Assembly: GCA_947581615.1 (NCBI GenBank)
Contig: CANPVD010000094.1
Location: 15,336 to 79,335 of the forward strand
DNA: 64,000 bases
Source of the DNA: Candidatus Humimonas hydrogenitrophica
GTDB lineage: Bacteria > Gemmatimonadota > Gemmatimonadetes > Palauibacterales > Palauibacteraceae
Direction: 5' to 3'
Below, one piece after another: positions 1 through 9,665 of the stretch (within the stretch, counting starts at the first letter, position 1; each line of letters opens with the position of its first letter). A program made the position numbers and the translations under genes. The notes beneath the pieces are model-generated. The model was not told the DNA's origin, did not search any database, and saw only the letters and a list, made by a program, of their open reading frames with translations.

Positions 1-10
1 GCGGCCGGCG

Positions 11-928
11 GTGGCTGAGCCCGTGCGGGTGGCCGCGCACGCCAAGGTCAACCTGCGGCTGCGCGTTCTGGCAACAGAGAGCGGCGGCTATCACGCCCTC
101 GAGACCCTGTTCCTGCGGCTGGCCCTGCGCGACGAGGTGGAGCTGGCGCCGGGTCCCCCCGGCATCCGGCTCACGGTGGAGGAGGAGCCCGGTCCCCTCG
201 CGGGAGCGGGTCGGTGCGGGGAGGCCGTGCCGCGGGGCGAGACCAACCTCTGCTGGCGCGCCGCCGAGGCGTACCACCGGGCCGTGGGCCGCGAGCCGGC
301 GCTCGATATCCTGCTCCGCAAGCGGCTACCCGCGGGGGCGGGGCTAGGGGGTGGCAGCGCGGACGCGGCGGCGGTCCTGCGGGGCCTGGAGATCATGACC
401 GGCGAGGGCCCGGGCGCGGCGCGCCTGATGGCGCTGGCCGGAGAGCTGGGCAGCGACGTGCCCTTCGCTCTGTCCGACGCGCCGGCCGCCCTGGCGTGGG
501 AACGAGGCCGCAGGCTGCTGCCCCTGCCCGCGCCGCCCCCGCGCCCGATCCTGATCCTGGTGCCGGAGTTCGCCGTCGCCACGGCGGAGGCGTACCGGTG
601 GCTGGACGAGGACCGCGGCGCGGCGGCCGGGGGTGACGACGGTCCGGGGGGCGCCTTCCTGCTTCCGTCGGCCGACCGGCTCGCCTCCTGGGAGGAGCTC
701 GACGGGGTGTCGGTCAATGACTTCGAGGCGCCGGTGTTCGCCCATCACCCCGCCCTCGCCGAGTGGAAGGCCGAGCTGCTCGAGGCGGGGGCCCGGCCGG
801 CGCTCCTGTCCGGGAGCGGCTCGGCCCTGTTCGGGGTATTCCAGGGGGAGGCGGAGCGGGACGCCGCCGCCGAGCGGTTCGAGGGTCGGCGGGAGGTGGC
901 GGTGCTGCACACGCTGGGGCCCGCGTGA
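11..928 (+). CDS. ispE: 4-diphosphocytidyl-2-C-methyl-D-erythritol kinase (GHMP kinase family)
   Basis: ORF 11..928. The N-terminus has 'AHAKVNLRLRV' and the GHMP ATP motif is 'LPAGAGLGGGSADAAAVL'. The start is GTG at 11. The frame is open to the window edge, so the true start could lie upstream. Confidence 0.9.
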   Translation: MAEPVRVAAHAKVNLRLRVLATESGGYHALETLFLRLALRDEVELAPGPPGIRLTVEEEPGPLAGAGRCGEAVPRGETNLCWRAAEAYHRAVGREPALDILLRKRLPAGAGLGGGSADAAAVLRGLEIMTGEGPGAARLMALAGELGSDVPFALSDAPAALAWERGRRLLPLPAPPPRPILILVPEFAVATAEAYRWLDEDRGAAAGGDDGPGGAFLLPSADRLASWEELDGVSVNDFEAPVFAHHPALAEWKAELLEAGARPALLSGSGSALFGVFQGEAERDAAAERFEGRREVAVLHTLGPA

Positions 929-1047
929 CCGCGGACCGTCTCCCCCCCGGGCGACGGAGCGCCTCCGCCGCGGCGCTTGCGGCGGGGCCACCCCGATAGC
1001 AGCCTTCACACCGGAGCCGGCTCGGGTCGACCGACCGCCGCCGGCGC

Positions 1048-1118
1048 TGGCCCCTCGTCTAACGGCAAGACCCCGGCCTTTGGAGCCGGTAATCCAGGTT
1101 CGAGTCCTGGGGGGCCAA
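1048..1118 (+). tRNA. tRNA-Gln (anticodon TTG)
   Basis: Hand-folded cloverleaf. Acceptor stem TGGCCCC/GGGGCCA, D stem GTCT/AGAC, anticodon stem CCGGC/GCCGG with loop CTTTGGA, T stem CCAGG/CCTGG with loop TTCGAGT. A 3' CCA is not encoded. Confidence 0.85.
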
Positions 1119-1133
1119 TCCCACCCGACCCGC

Positions 1134-4100
1134 CTACACCTCCAGCCGATCCCCCGGCCGCGCCACCAGCAGGTAGAGCGCCGGCATCAGGAGCACGCTG
1201 ATTAGCAGCCGCGACAGCAATCCCCCGACGATCACCAGCGCGAACGGCTTCTGCGAGTCCGACCCGACGCCGGTCGAGAGGGCCGCCGGCAGTAGCCCCA
1301 GGGCGGCCACCAGGGCCGTCATCATGATGGGCCGAAGCCTGAGAATGGCCGCCTCGCGCGTGGCCTCGACGATCCCCGTCCCGCCCCGCCGCAGCTCGTT
1401 GGCGTAGGAGATGTAGACCACGGCCGTCTGCACGGAGACGCCGAACAGGGCCAGGAAGCCGATCCCCGAGCTCACCGACAGCGGCGTGCCCGTCACCCAC
1501 AGGGCCAGGAGTCCCCCGATCGGCGCCGACAACACCACGCCCAGCACCGTGATCGCCGGAAACTTGAAGTTGCTGTACAGGGCGAACAGGAGCAGGAAGA
1601 TCAGGAACAGGGTGAGGGGCAGGACGAAGCGCAGCTGCCGGCGGGAGGCCGTGTATTCCTTGTACTCCCCGCCCCAGCTCACCGTGTAGCCGGCCGGCAG
1701 CGTCACGGCCGACGCCACCTGCTTGCGGGCGTCGGCCACGGCGCCGGCCAGGTCTCGCCCGTCCACCGAGAACTGGACCCCGATGAAGCGCGCGTTGTCC
1801 TCGCGGTAGATGAACGATGCGCCGCGGGTCACGCTGAGGTCGGCCACCTCGCGGAGCGGGATCTGCTGACCGTCCGGGGTGGCGATGAGGATGTTGCCGA
1901 TCTGCCGCGCGTTGCCGCGGAACCGCGGCTCGAGCCGCACGACCAGGTCGAACAGGCGCTCGCCCTGTACGACGGAGGTGGCCGGGACGCCGCCCACGGC
2001 CGATTCGATGAGGTCGTTGACGTCGGCCACGTTGAGGCCGTAGCGGGCGATCTTGGTCCGGTCGATCTTGACCGCCAGGCTCGGCTGGCCGAGCTCCTGG
2101 ACGAGCGTCACGTGGTCGATGCCCCGCACCCCCGTCAGCACGTGGCGGATCACCTTCCCCCTGGCTTCCAGGGTGTCGAGGTTCGGCCCGAAGATCTTCA
2201 CGTCCAGCGCGCTCTTCAGCCCCGTCTCGGCTTCGTCGACCGCGTCTTCGGCAGGCTGCGTGTAGTTGAAGATGATGCCCGGGAAGCCGGACAGCTTCCG
2301 GTTGATGGCGGCGATGAGCTGCCGCTTGGTGTGGATCTTTCCTTTCCAGGTGTCGTAGGGCTTCAGCCCCACGTAGAACTCGGCGTTGAAGAAGCCGGTC
2401 GGGTCGGTGCCGTCGTCGGGCCGGCCGTGCTCGGAGCCAACGTCCGTCACCTGCGGGAACGAGCGCAGGATGGCCCGGATGCGGGGCACGATCCTCGAGG
2501 ACTCCTCGAAGGAGATCGTGTAGGGCATGGTGGCCCGGACCCACAGGGCCCCCTCGTCCAGGTGCGGCATGAACTCCGCCCCGATCGCGGGAAGCACGAG
2601 GAGCGAGGCGGCGAAAGCGGCGCTCGAGACCGCCACCGTCGTCCAGGGCCTCGCCAGGCACCAGTCCAGGGAGCGCTCGTAGCGGGTCCGCAGCCACGCC
2701 ATCATCGGGTTCCGGCGCTCGGTCACGCCCCGCTTGAACAGCCAGGAGGCCAGCACCGGGAGCAGGGTGAGGGCGAGCACCAGCGATCCGAGCAGCGCGA
2801 AGATCGTGGTGTCGGCCATGGGCCGGAACAGCTTCCCGGACGGCCCCCGCAGCACGTAGATGGGCAGGAAGCCCGCCACGATGACGGCCACCGCGTAGAA
2901 GATCGGACGGTCCACTTCCGCCGCCGCCGCCGCGATGACGTCCCGGAGGCGGCCCTCTCCGGGTTGCTGCAGAGCCAGCTGCCGATGGATGTTCTCCACC
3001 ATCACCACCGCTCCGTCCACCAGGATGCCGAAGTCTATGGCCCCGATGGAGAGCAGGTTGGCGGGGATGTGCCTGAGATCCAGGCAGATGAAGGCGAAGA
3101 ACAGGGAGAGCGGGATGGTGGCCGCCACGATCAGCCCCGCCCTCACGTCGTACAGGAACAGGATGAGCACGAACACCACCAGGATCATGCCCCGGAGCAG
3201 GTTGTGCTCGACCGTGTGCGTGGTGAGGTGGACCAGGTCGCTGCGGTCGTAGAAGGGGTGGATCTTGACGTCCTTCGGGAGGACCTGGTCGTTGAGCTCC
3301 TTCGTCATGGCCTCGACGCGCTCGAGGACGTTCTGGGTCTGGGCCCCCTTGCGCATGAGGATCACGCCCTCGACGGCGTCGTTGCGGTCGTCGAAGCCGA
3401 ACTGGCCCAGACGGGGCGCGTGACCGATGGTCACCTGGCCGACGTCCTTGACGAGCACCGGCGTGCCATGCCGGTCGGCGAGCACGATGTTCCCGATGTC
3501 CTCGGGCGTGCGAATGCGGCCCAGCCCTCGCACGTAGTAGAACTGCCCGCCCTCCGAGTAGAAGCCGCCGCCCGCGTTGGCGTTGTTGCCGGCCAGCGAA
3601 GAGGCGACGTCCGCCACCGACAGGCCGGAGCCCGCCAGGCGGGTCGGGTCGAGCAGGACCTGGTACTGCATCGTCTCTCCGCCCAGGCCCGACTCGTCGG
3701 CCACGCCGGGCACCGACCGGTACTTCCTCGAGATGACCCAGTCGTTGAGGATCTTGAGCTGCATGGCCGAGCGGTCGGGGCTGTCCAGCACGTAGCGGTA
3801 CACCAGCCCCGAGGGCGAGAACAGCGGCGAGACTCCCGGGCTCACCCCGTCGGGGAGCTCGGCATCGGGCAGGCGTTCGAACACCTGCTGGCGCGCGAAG
3901 TAGTCGTCCGTGCCGTCCTCGAACGTCATGCGGATGTCCGAGAGGCCGTACAGGGAGATGGAGCGGATGACCGTCATGTGCGGGATCCCGTTCATCTCGA
4001 CCTCGAGCGGGACCGTGATGAGGCGCTCCACCTCCTCGGCCGCGTGGCCGGGCCACTGGGTCACGACCTCGACCATGGGCGGAGACAGGTCCGGATACGC

Positions 4101-4244
4101 GTCGACCGGCAGGCGGCGGAAAGACCAGATCCCGATGCCGACGAGCAGGACCGCGAACAGGCCCACCAGGAAGCGCTGGCGCAGGGCCGCGAGGACGACC
4201 CGGTGGATGAACGACTGGGGCACGGGCGGCTCGGGCGTGCTCAC
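1134..4244 (-). CDS. czcA: heavy-metal efflux RND transporter, CzcA/CusA family
   Basis: In-frame C-terminal 1036 aa of ORF 1134..5315. Typical HME-RND sequence ('VDAYPDLSPPMVEVVTQWPG', 'AIDFGILVDGAVVMVENI') with multiple TM segments. GTG at 4244 is preceded by GGAGG and overlaps the upstream stop (GTGA). Confidence 0.9.
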   Translation of the reverse strand: MSTPEPPVPQSFIHRVVLAALRQRFLVGLFAVLLVGIGIWSFRRLPVDAYPDLSPPMVEVVTQWPGHAAEEVERLITVPLEVEMNGIPHMTVIRSISLYGLSDIRMTFEDGTDDYFARQQVFERLPDAELPDGVSPGVSPLFSPSGLVYRYVLDSPDRSAMQLKILNDWVISRKYRSVPGVADESGLGGETMQYQVLLDPTRLAGSGLSVADVASSLAGNNANAGGGFYSEGGQFYYVRGLGRIRTPEDIGNIVLADRHGTPVLVKDVGQVTIGHAPRLGQFGFDDRNDAVEGVILMRKGAQTQNVLERVEAMTKELNDQVLPKDVKIHPFYDRSDLVHLTTHTVEHNLLRGMILVVFVLILFLYDVRAGLIVAATIPLSLFFAFICLDLRHIPANLLSIGAIDFGILVDGAVVMVENIHRQLALQQPGEGRLRDVIAAAAAEVDRPIFYAVAVIVAGFLPIYVLRGPSGKLFRPMADTTIFALLGSLVLALTLLPVLASWLFKRGVTERRNPMMAWLRTRYERSLDWCLARPWTTVAVSSAAFAASLLVLPAIGAEFMPHLDEGALWVRATMPYTISFEESSRIVPRIRAILRSFPQVTDVGSEHGRPDDGTDPTGFFNAEFYVGLKPYDTWKGKIHTKRQLIAAINRKLSGFPGIIFNYTQPAEDAVDEAETGLKSALDVKIFGPNLDTLEARGKVIRHVLTGVRGIDHVTLVQELGQPSLAVKIDRTKIARYGLNVADVNDLIESAVGGVPATSVVQGERLFDLVVRLEPRFRGNARQIGNILIATPDGQQIPLREVADLSVTRGASFIYREDNARFIGVQFSVDGRDLAGAVADARKQVASAVTLPAGYTVSWGGEYKEYTASRRQLRFVLPLTLFLIFLLLFALYSNFKFPAITVLGVVLSAPIGGLLALWVTGTPLSVSSGIGFLALFGVSVQTAVVYISYANELRRGGTGIVEATREAAILRLRPIMMTALVAALGLLPAALSTGVGSDSQKPFALVIVGGLLSRLLISVLLMPALYLLVARPGDRLEV

Positions 4245-5431
4245 TGGGCCTCCGCGAACTGCAGGAACAGGGCGCCCTCGGCCACGACCCGCTGACCCGG
4301 CTGGAGGCCCGAGGCGATCTCGCGGCGGTCCCCGACCTCCTGCCCGAGCTTCACGAGCTGCCGGCGGTAGTCGCCATCGTCGCCGGCCACGAACACGAAG
4401 GGCAGGTTGTCTTCGTCCCGCAGCACGGCGGAGGATGGGACCAGCAGGCCGGTTCGGGCCGAGCGCCCCAGGATCGTGACCTGGACGTACATGCCGCGCT
4501 TGAGCCCCGCCCCCGGGTTCTCCGCCACGACCCTCACGGATGTGGCGCGCGTGTCGGGGTCCACCTCGGCGCCCACGTTGTCCACCCGGCCCCGGTAGAC
4601 GTCGGCACCGTTGGTCGGCCGGATCTCGGCCGAGTCGCCCACCTGGACGTTCGGGAGGTCGGTGTCGAACACATGGGCCTGCACCCATACACGGGACACG
4701 TCGGCCACGGTGAAGCAGGGCGTGCCCCCGGCCTCGAGCAGCTGACCCGGCGTGATGAGCCGTTCCACGAGGATCCCGGGGAGCGGGGCCCGGATGATGC
4801 CGCCCGCGGCCGTGACGGGCTCGCCTCGGCGCACCGCGGCCAGCGACGCCGAGTCGACGCCGAGCGACACCAGGGCCTGGAGCGCCGCGTCCCGATCCGC
4901 CTCCGCCGCCTCCGCCCGCGTCTCCGCGTCCTGCATCTCCTGCCGCGCGATCGCGTCGATGGCGAAGAGCTTCCGGTCCATGTCTGCGATGCGCCGGGCA
5001 TTGGTGGCTTCGGCCACACCTTTCCGGTAGTCCGCCACCGCCGAGGCGAAGTCGGGCGAGGCCACGACGGCGAGCGGCTGTCCGCGACGCACGCGAGCCC
5101 CGAGGCTCACCAGCACCCGGCTCACGGGCCCCGAGATCGGGGCCATGACCTGCGTGCTCCGGTCCCCGTCGAAGTCGACGGTTCCCGTGGTGCTCACCGA
5201 GGCGCGGAAGGTGTCGGGCTCCACGGTGACCAGGTGGAGCTGCGAGCGCTGCGCGGCGCTGAGAGGTGAGCTGGTGCTGTCGGCCGGAGTGCCGCTGCCG
5301 CCGCCTCCACCGCACGCCGCCGGAAGCGCCAGCGCGCCGGCCACGAGGGCGCCGAGCAGGATCCGGGCGCCGGGCCGGAGCGAGCCCGCGGAAGATCGAG
5401 CGATCACGGTGGGTCGGGACGGCTCATGCAT
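4241..5431 (-). CDS. czcB: efflux RND periplasmic adaptor (membrane fusion protein, CzcB-like)
   Basis: ORF 4241..5497. Has an HlyD/MFP-like lipoyl and beta-barrel pattern ('VMAPISGPVSRVLVSLGARVRRGQPLAVV'). The internal ATG at 5431 (MHEPS...) overlaps the czcC stop by 8 nt and is followed by a signal-like segment. Confidence 0.85.
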   Translation of the reverse strand: MHEPSRPTVIARSSAGSLRPGARILLGALVAGALALPAACGGGGGSGTPADSTSSPLSAAQRSQLHLVTVEPDTFRASVSTTGTVDFDGDRSTQVMAPISGPVSRVLVSLGARVRRGQPLAVVASPDFASAVADYRKGVAEATNARRIADMDRKLFAIDAIARQEMQDAETRAEAAEADRDAALQALVSLGVDSASLAAVRRGEPVTAAGGIIRAPLPGILVERLITPGQLLEAGGTPCFTVADVSRVWVQAHVFDTDLPNVQVGDSAEIRPTNGADVYRGRVDNVGAEVDPDTRATSVRVVAENPGAGLKRGMYVQVTILGRSARTGLLVPSSAVLRDEDNLPFVFVAGDDGDYRRQLVKLGQEVGDRREIASGLQPGQRVVAEGALFLQFAEAQ

Positions 5432-6902
5432 GGGAGTCTCCGTGGGGCAGCGTGTCGGTGCCGTGGGATGGCGCGCCGGCGTCGGGGGACGGGCCATCGG
5501 TGGAGGGCGGTCGGCCGATCGTGTCGGGGGCGGCGCTCCGGCCCGTTCCTGCCCGCTCGAGAGCGACGCCCACCGCCAGCTCGAGGTCCGCGCGGGCGTC
5601 GTTGGCGGCGCCGAGAGCGTCCGCGAGCTGCCCCTCCGCTTCCAGCAGCGTTCGGCGGGCGTCGATGACCTCCAGCGAGGAGGAGCCTCCGATGCCGTAG
5701 CTCGTGGTCGCGATCTCGAAGGCCTTTCGGGCTTCAGGGACGAGCTCGTCGCGCAGATAAAGGGCCTGTCGGCGCGACGTCGTGGCGGCCGTGTAGGCCG
5801 TCCTGACCTCCTGCTCGACGGCGGCGCGGGCTTCCCGGTAGCTGTCGTCCAGCTCGCGGACCCGGTGGGACGCCTCGGCCACCTCCCCGCGGGTGTGGTT
5901 CCAGAAGAACAGGGGGACGCTGATCGAGAGGTCCGTGGTGTAGCTGCTCGGCGCGTCGTTCGAGAGGTCCTTCTCGAAGCTCAGGCTCAGATCGGGAAGC
6001 CAGAAGGAGCCGGCCAGGGACGCCGCGGCCCTCGCCCCGACCCGCTCCCGGTCGAGACCGTTCAGCAGCGGGCGGGACACGGCCGCGCGGGTCACCAGAG
6101 CCTGCAGGTCGGGCACCGTGTCCGGCACGAGGAGGGAGTCGGCGGCCTCGACCTCCGCGCCCAGCGGTCGACCCATCTGCCGGTTGAGCTCCGCCCGGGC
6201 GTCGGCCAGATCCTGTCCGTTGCCCAGGAGGTCGTTCCTGGCGGCGGCCACCTCGACGCGCGCCCTGATGGCGTCGAGGCCGGGCGCGGTTCCAGCCTTC
6301 GAGCGGGCCTCGGTCTTGGCCAGGAAGCTGCTGGCCAGCTCCAGCGCCTGGCCGAGCTGCCGGTGCCGCAGCTCCGCGACCAGGAGGGCGTCGTAGGCGC
6401 GGGCCGTGGCATCGGCCGTCTGCTGGCGAAGCTGGCGGTAGCCGTAGCCCGTGGCGTCCACCCCCGCCTGCCCGATCCGACGCTGCAGCAGGATTCTGGT
6501 GGGGAAGGGCACGTCGAGTCCGAGGGCGACCGCCCGGCCCGTGTACGTGCCCGGGCGCAACACGCTCTTCTGACCCGACAGCTCCCCGAGAAGGCTCGGA
6601 TCCGGGAAGGCGGCGCCCTGGACGGCCCGGGCCCGCGCCTCGGCCACCGTCTCCCGGGCCGCGTGCACGCCGGGATTGTGCGCCAGGGCGCTGTCGATCG
6701 CCTCGGCGCGCGTGACCCGCAGGGGCGAGGCGCGACCACGGATCGCCGCGGCGCCGGGGGGCACGGTGTCGGCCGCGGTGCCGACGGCCCGCCCCGCCGG
6801 GGCTGTGCGGGCCACGGCCGGGACGGCCACCGACATCGTGGCCAGCGTCGCCATCGCGAGAGCGATGGATGTGTGGCACCACCGGGGAGCGTACACGGCC
6901 AC
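5424..6902 (-). CDS. czcC: TolC-family outer membrane efflux protein (CzcC-like)
   Basis: ORF 5424..6902, 492 aa. Has an N-terminal signal peptide and two repeats of OEP-type helices. It is the first gene of the CBA order. Confidence 0.85.
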   Translation of the reverse strand: MAVYAPRWCHTSIALAMATLATMSVAVPAVARTAPAGRAVGTAADTVPPGAAAIRGRASPLRVTRAEAIDSALAHNPGVHAARETVAEARARAVQGAAFPDPSLLGELSGQKSVLRPGTYTGRAVALGLDVPFPTRILLQRRIGQAGVDATGYGYRQLRQQTADATARAYDALLVAELRHRQLGQALELASSFLAKTEARSKAGTAPGLDAIRARVEVAAARNDLLGNGQDLADARAELNRQMGRPLGAEVEAADSLLVPDTVPDLQALVTRAAVSRPLLNGLDRERVGARAAASLAGSFWLPDLSLSFEKDLSNDAPSSYTTDLSISVPLFFWNHTRGEVAEASHRVRELDDSYREARAAVEQEVRTAYTAATTSRRQALYLRDELVPEARKAFEIATTSYGIGGSSSLEVIDARRTLLEAEGQLADALGAANDARADLELAVGVALERAGTGRSAAPDTIGRPPSTDGPSPDAGAPSHGTDTLPHGDSHA

Positions 6903-7024
6903 CTCCGGGACGTCGTGACACGCGCCGGCACCATTCGGGTGCGGGGCGCGCGGCCCGTCCGGGAGGCGCGCCCGCGGGCGGCCGTCCCGAAGCGGGACGT
7001 TTCAGTCTGTGAGAGGGTTGTGGA

Positions 7025-7417
7025 TCAGGCGGTGGGCGCGGGTGGCGCGCGGGGTTGCGCCAGGGTGCCGGGATCGGTTCGCAGGCCCGGCGCGCACGAT
7101 GTGGCGTCGGAGCTCAGGGCGACGGCGGGCTCCATCCGGATCTGCAGGTCCGCCGGGACGGAGGCGCGCGCGCTCCCGGTCGTGAGCCCCAGCACGCAGT
7201 GGGCCGCGTGGTCTCCGGTGCTCGTGGGAGCGGTGAGGAGGGCGAGGCCCGAGGCCCCGGACGCTCCCGGAGCGGCCGGGGCCCGGGAGCCGGCGTGATG
7301 GGCGACGTCCGTGTGGAAGGCGAGCGCGTCGATCCCCGACCAGCCGAGCTCGCCGGCCAGGAAGAGGCCGGCCAGGAGCAGGGCGGAGCCCCGGCGGAGT
7401 ACATCGCGAGCGCTCAT
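7025..7417 (-). CDS. hypothetical small membrane-anchored or secreted protein with His/Cys motifs
   Basis: ORF of 130 aa with a strong GC3 bias. It has an N-terminal hydrophobic segment '[15 protein letters not shown]' and motifs '[10 protein letters not shown]' and 'GDHAAHC'. It lies 122 nt upstream of czcC on the same strand. Confidence 0.45.
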   Translation of the reverse strand: MSARDVLRRGSALLLAGLFLAGELGWSGIDALAFHTDVAHHAGSRAPAAPGASGASGLALLTAPTSTGDHAAHCVLGLTTGSARASVPADLQIRMEPAVALSSDATSCAPGLRTDPGTLAQPRAPPAPTA

Positions 7418-7568
7418 GGCGGTCGAGGATAGCCATGCGGGTCGACCACGGCAACGGGCGTGCGCTGGCCCGATGACCGACGGCCCGCATCTTGACGGCC
7501 GTGGAGCCCGGAGCCCCCGGGGACGCTCTCACTCCCCGCCGCAGACTTCCGCGAAGGACGAAGGACGC

Positions 7569-9665
7569 ATGGACGACTCGCCACGGCCGGCCGGCAACCG
7601 CCTGGCCGGCGCTTCGAGCCCCTATCTCCTCCAGCACGCCGACAACCCGGTGCACTGGCGCGAGTGGGGGCCCGCGGCCTTCGAGGACGCGCGGCGGCTG
7701 GATCGTCCCCTGTTCCTGTCCATCGGGTACTCGACCTGTCACTGGTGCCACGTCATGGCCCACGAGTCGTTCGAGGACGACGAGGTAGCGGCGATCCTGA
7801 ATCGTCGCTTCGTCCCCGTGAAGGTCGACCGGGAGGAGCGGCCCGACGTCGACGACTTCTACATGACCGCCTGTCAGGCGATGTCCGGCCAGGGCGGCTG
7901 GCCCCTCACGATCGTGGCCACGCCCGAGGGTCGTCCCTTCTTCGCGGGCACTTACTTCCCCAAACTGGGGCGCGGAGGGCGGCCCGGACTCCTGGACGTT
8001 CTCGGACGCCTGGCCGACGCGTGGGCGGAGAGGCGGGAAGAGGTGCGCTCGGGAGCGGATCGGGCCACCGACATCCTCCGGCGCATCTCGGGAGGGGAGC
8101 CCGGGACGGAGGCGGGGCCGGAGGAACTGGAGGCGGCCTACGAGCACTTCGCGTCCCGATTCGACGACGTCCACGGAGGGTTCGGCTCGGCCCCGAAGTT
8201 CCCGAGCCCGCACGTGCTCCTCTTCCTGCTACGGTATGCCGATCGGTCGGGTGAGGAGAACGCCCGGGTGATGGTGACCCGGACCCTGGAGCGAATGCGC
8301 GCCGGCGGCATCTTCGACCAGGTGGGCTACGGCTTCCACCGCTACTCCACGGATGCCCGCTGGTTCGTCCCGCACTTCGAAAAGATGCTGTACGACCAGG
8401 CGCTCCTCGCCCTCGCCTACCTCGAGGCCGCGCAGGCCACGGGGGAGGACCGCTTCGCCCGCGTGGCGGACGAGGTGCTCACCTACGTGCTCCGTGACCT
8501 CCGGGACGACTCCGGGGGGTTCCACGCCGCGGAGGACGCCGACAGCGAGGCAGGGGAAGGCGCCTATTACACCTGGACGGGGGAGGAGCTCGAAGAGGTC
8601 CTGGGAGAGGCGGACGCCGCCCTGGCGGGGCGGGTCTTCGGCGCACGGCGCCGGGGCAACTACACCGAGGAGGCCACCGGGAGCTTCACGGGGCGCAACC
8701 TCCTCCATGGGGCGACCCCCGTCGCCGACCTGGCGGCGGAGTCGGGCCGGACGGAGGGGGAGCTCCGCGAGCGCCTGCAGCGGATCCGGGAGCGGCTGCT
8801 CGAGGCGCGCGGAACGCGGCCGAGGCCGTCTCGGGACGACAAGGTGCTCACCGACTGGAACGGGCTCGCGGTGGCGGCCTTCGCGCGCGGGGGGCTGGTG
8901 CTGGACGAGGAGCGCTGGAGGGATGCGGCCACGGACGCCGCGGAGTTCCTGCTGGCCTCGATGCGCGACGGAGAGGGGCGTCTCCTCCACCGATGGCGGC
9001 GTGGCGAGTCAGGGATCGCGGCCACCGCCGAGGACCACGCCTTCCTGGTGTGGGGACTGCTCGAGCTGTACGAGTCCACCCTGGAGCCCCGCTGGCTCGC
9101 CGACGCGCTGCGGCTCCACGAGGAGATGGCCGCGCGCTTCTGGGACGAGGACGGGGGCGGTTACTTCCTGGCCGCCGACGGATCGGACCTGCCCGTTCGA
9201 CGCAAGGAGGCCTATGACGGAGCGCTCCCGTCGGCCAACGCGGTCGCGGCGTGGAACGGCTACCGCCTGGCCCGCCTCACGGGCCGGGCCGGGCTCGAGG
9301 CCAGGGCCCTGGCGGTGGAGCGCGCTTTCGGGGGCGCGCTCCGGAAGGCCCCGGGGGCTCACGCGGCCCTTCTCCTGGCGGCGGACTTCCGGCTTGGCCC
9401 GGCGCGCGAGGTCGTGGTGGCCGGCGCCCGCGATTCCCGGTGCACCCGAGAGCTGCTGGGGGTGGCCCGGGAAGGCTATCGCCCCCGGGCCGTCCTCCTC
9501 CTGCGGCCTCCGGGAGAGGAGGGCGACCGTGTGGCCCGGCTCGCGCCCTTCACGCGGGAGATGGTACCGGGGGAGGCGGGCGCCCGCGCCTACGTGTGCC
9601 GGGAGTTCGCGTGCGCGGCGCCGGTGGTCGAGGCTGGCGTCCTGCGAGCGGCCCTCGAGGACTGA
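7569..9665 (+). CDS. thioredoxin-domain (DUF255/YyaL-like) protein with a C-terminal alpha/alpha-toroid domain
   Basis: In-frame part of ORF 7311..9665, starting at ATG 7569 (AAGGA upstream). Contains '[38 protein letters not shown]' and '[12 protein letters not shown]'. Confidence 0.85.
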   Translation: MDDSPRPAGNRLAGASSPYLLQHADNPVHWREWGPAAFEDARRLDRPLFLSIGYSTCHWCHVMAHESFEDDEVAAILNRRFVPVKVDREERPDVDDFYMTACQAMSGQGGWPLTIVATPEGRPFFAGTYFPKLGRGGRPGLLDVLGRLADAWAERREEVRSGADRATDILRRISGGEPGTEAGPEELEAAYEHFASRFDDVHGGFGSAPKFPSPHVLLFLLRYADRSGEENARVMVTRTLERMRAGGIFDQVGYGFHRYSTDARWFVPHFEKMLYDQALLALAYLEAAQATGEDRFARVADEVLTYVLRDLRDDSGGFHAAEDADSEAGEGAYYTWTGEELEEVLGEADAALAGRVFGARRRGNYTEEATGSFTGRNLLHGATPVADLAAESGRTEGELRERLQRIRERLLEARGTRPRPSRDDKVLTDWNGLAVAAFARGGLVLDEERWRDAATDAAEFLLASMRDGEGRLLHRWRRGESGIAATAEDHAFLVWGLLELYESTLEPRWLADALRLHEEMAARFWDEDGGGYFLAADGSDLPVRRKEAYDGALPSANAVAAWNGYRLARLTGRAGLEARALAVERAFGGALRKAPGAHAALLLAADFRLGPAREVVVAGARDSRCTRELLGVAREGYRPRAVLLLRPPGEEGDRVARLAPFTREMVPGEAGARAYVCREFACAAPVVEAGVLRAALED

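Noticed and set aside
1006-4295. Very long ORFs antisense to, or out of frame with, czcA (1006..4056 minus, 1016 aa; 2112..4295 plus, 727 aa).
   Set aside because: Their translations are Arg/Gly/Pro/His-rich low-complexity strings with no motifs. They fully overlap a gene with clear RND homology. This is a typical high-GC absence-of-stop artefact.
5145-7298. 717-aa plus-strand ORF across czcB, czcC and the small upstream gene.
   Set aside because: It is antisense to well-supported genes. Its composition (R/G/A/P) is not protein-like, and it has no RBS or recognisable domain.
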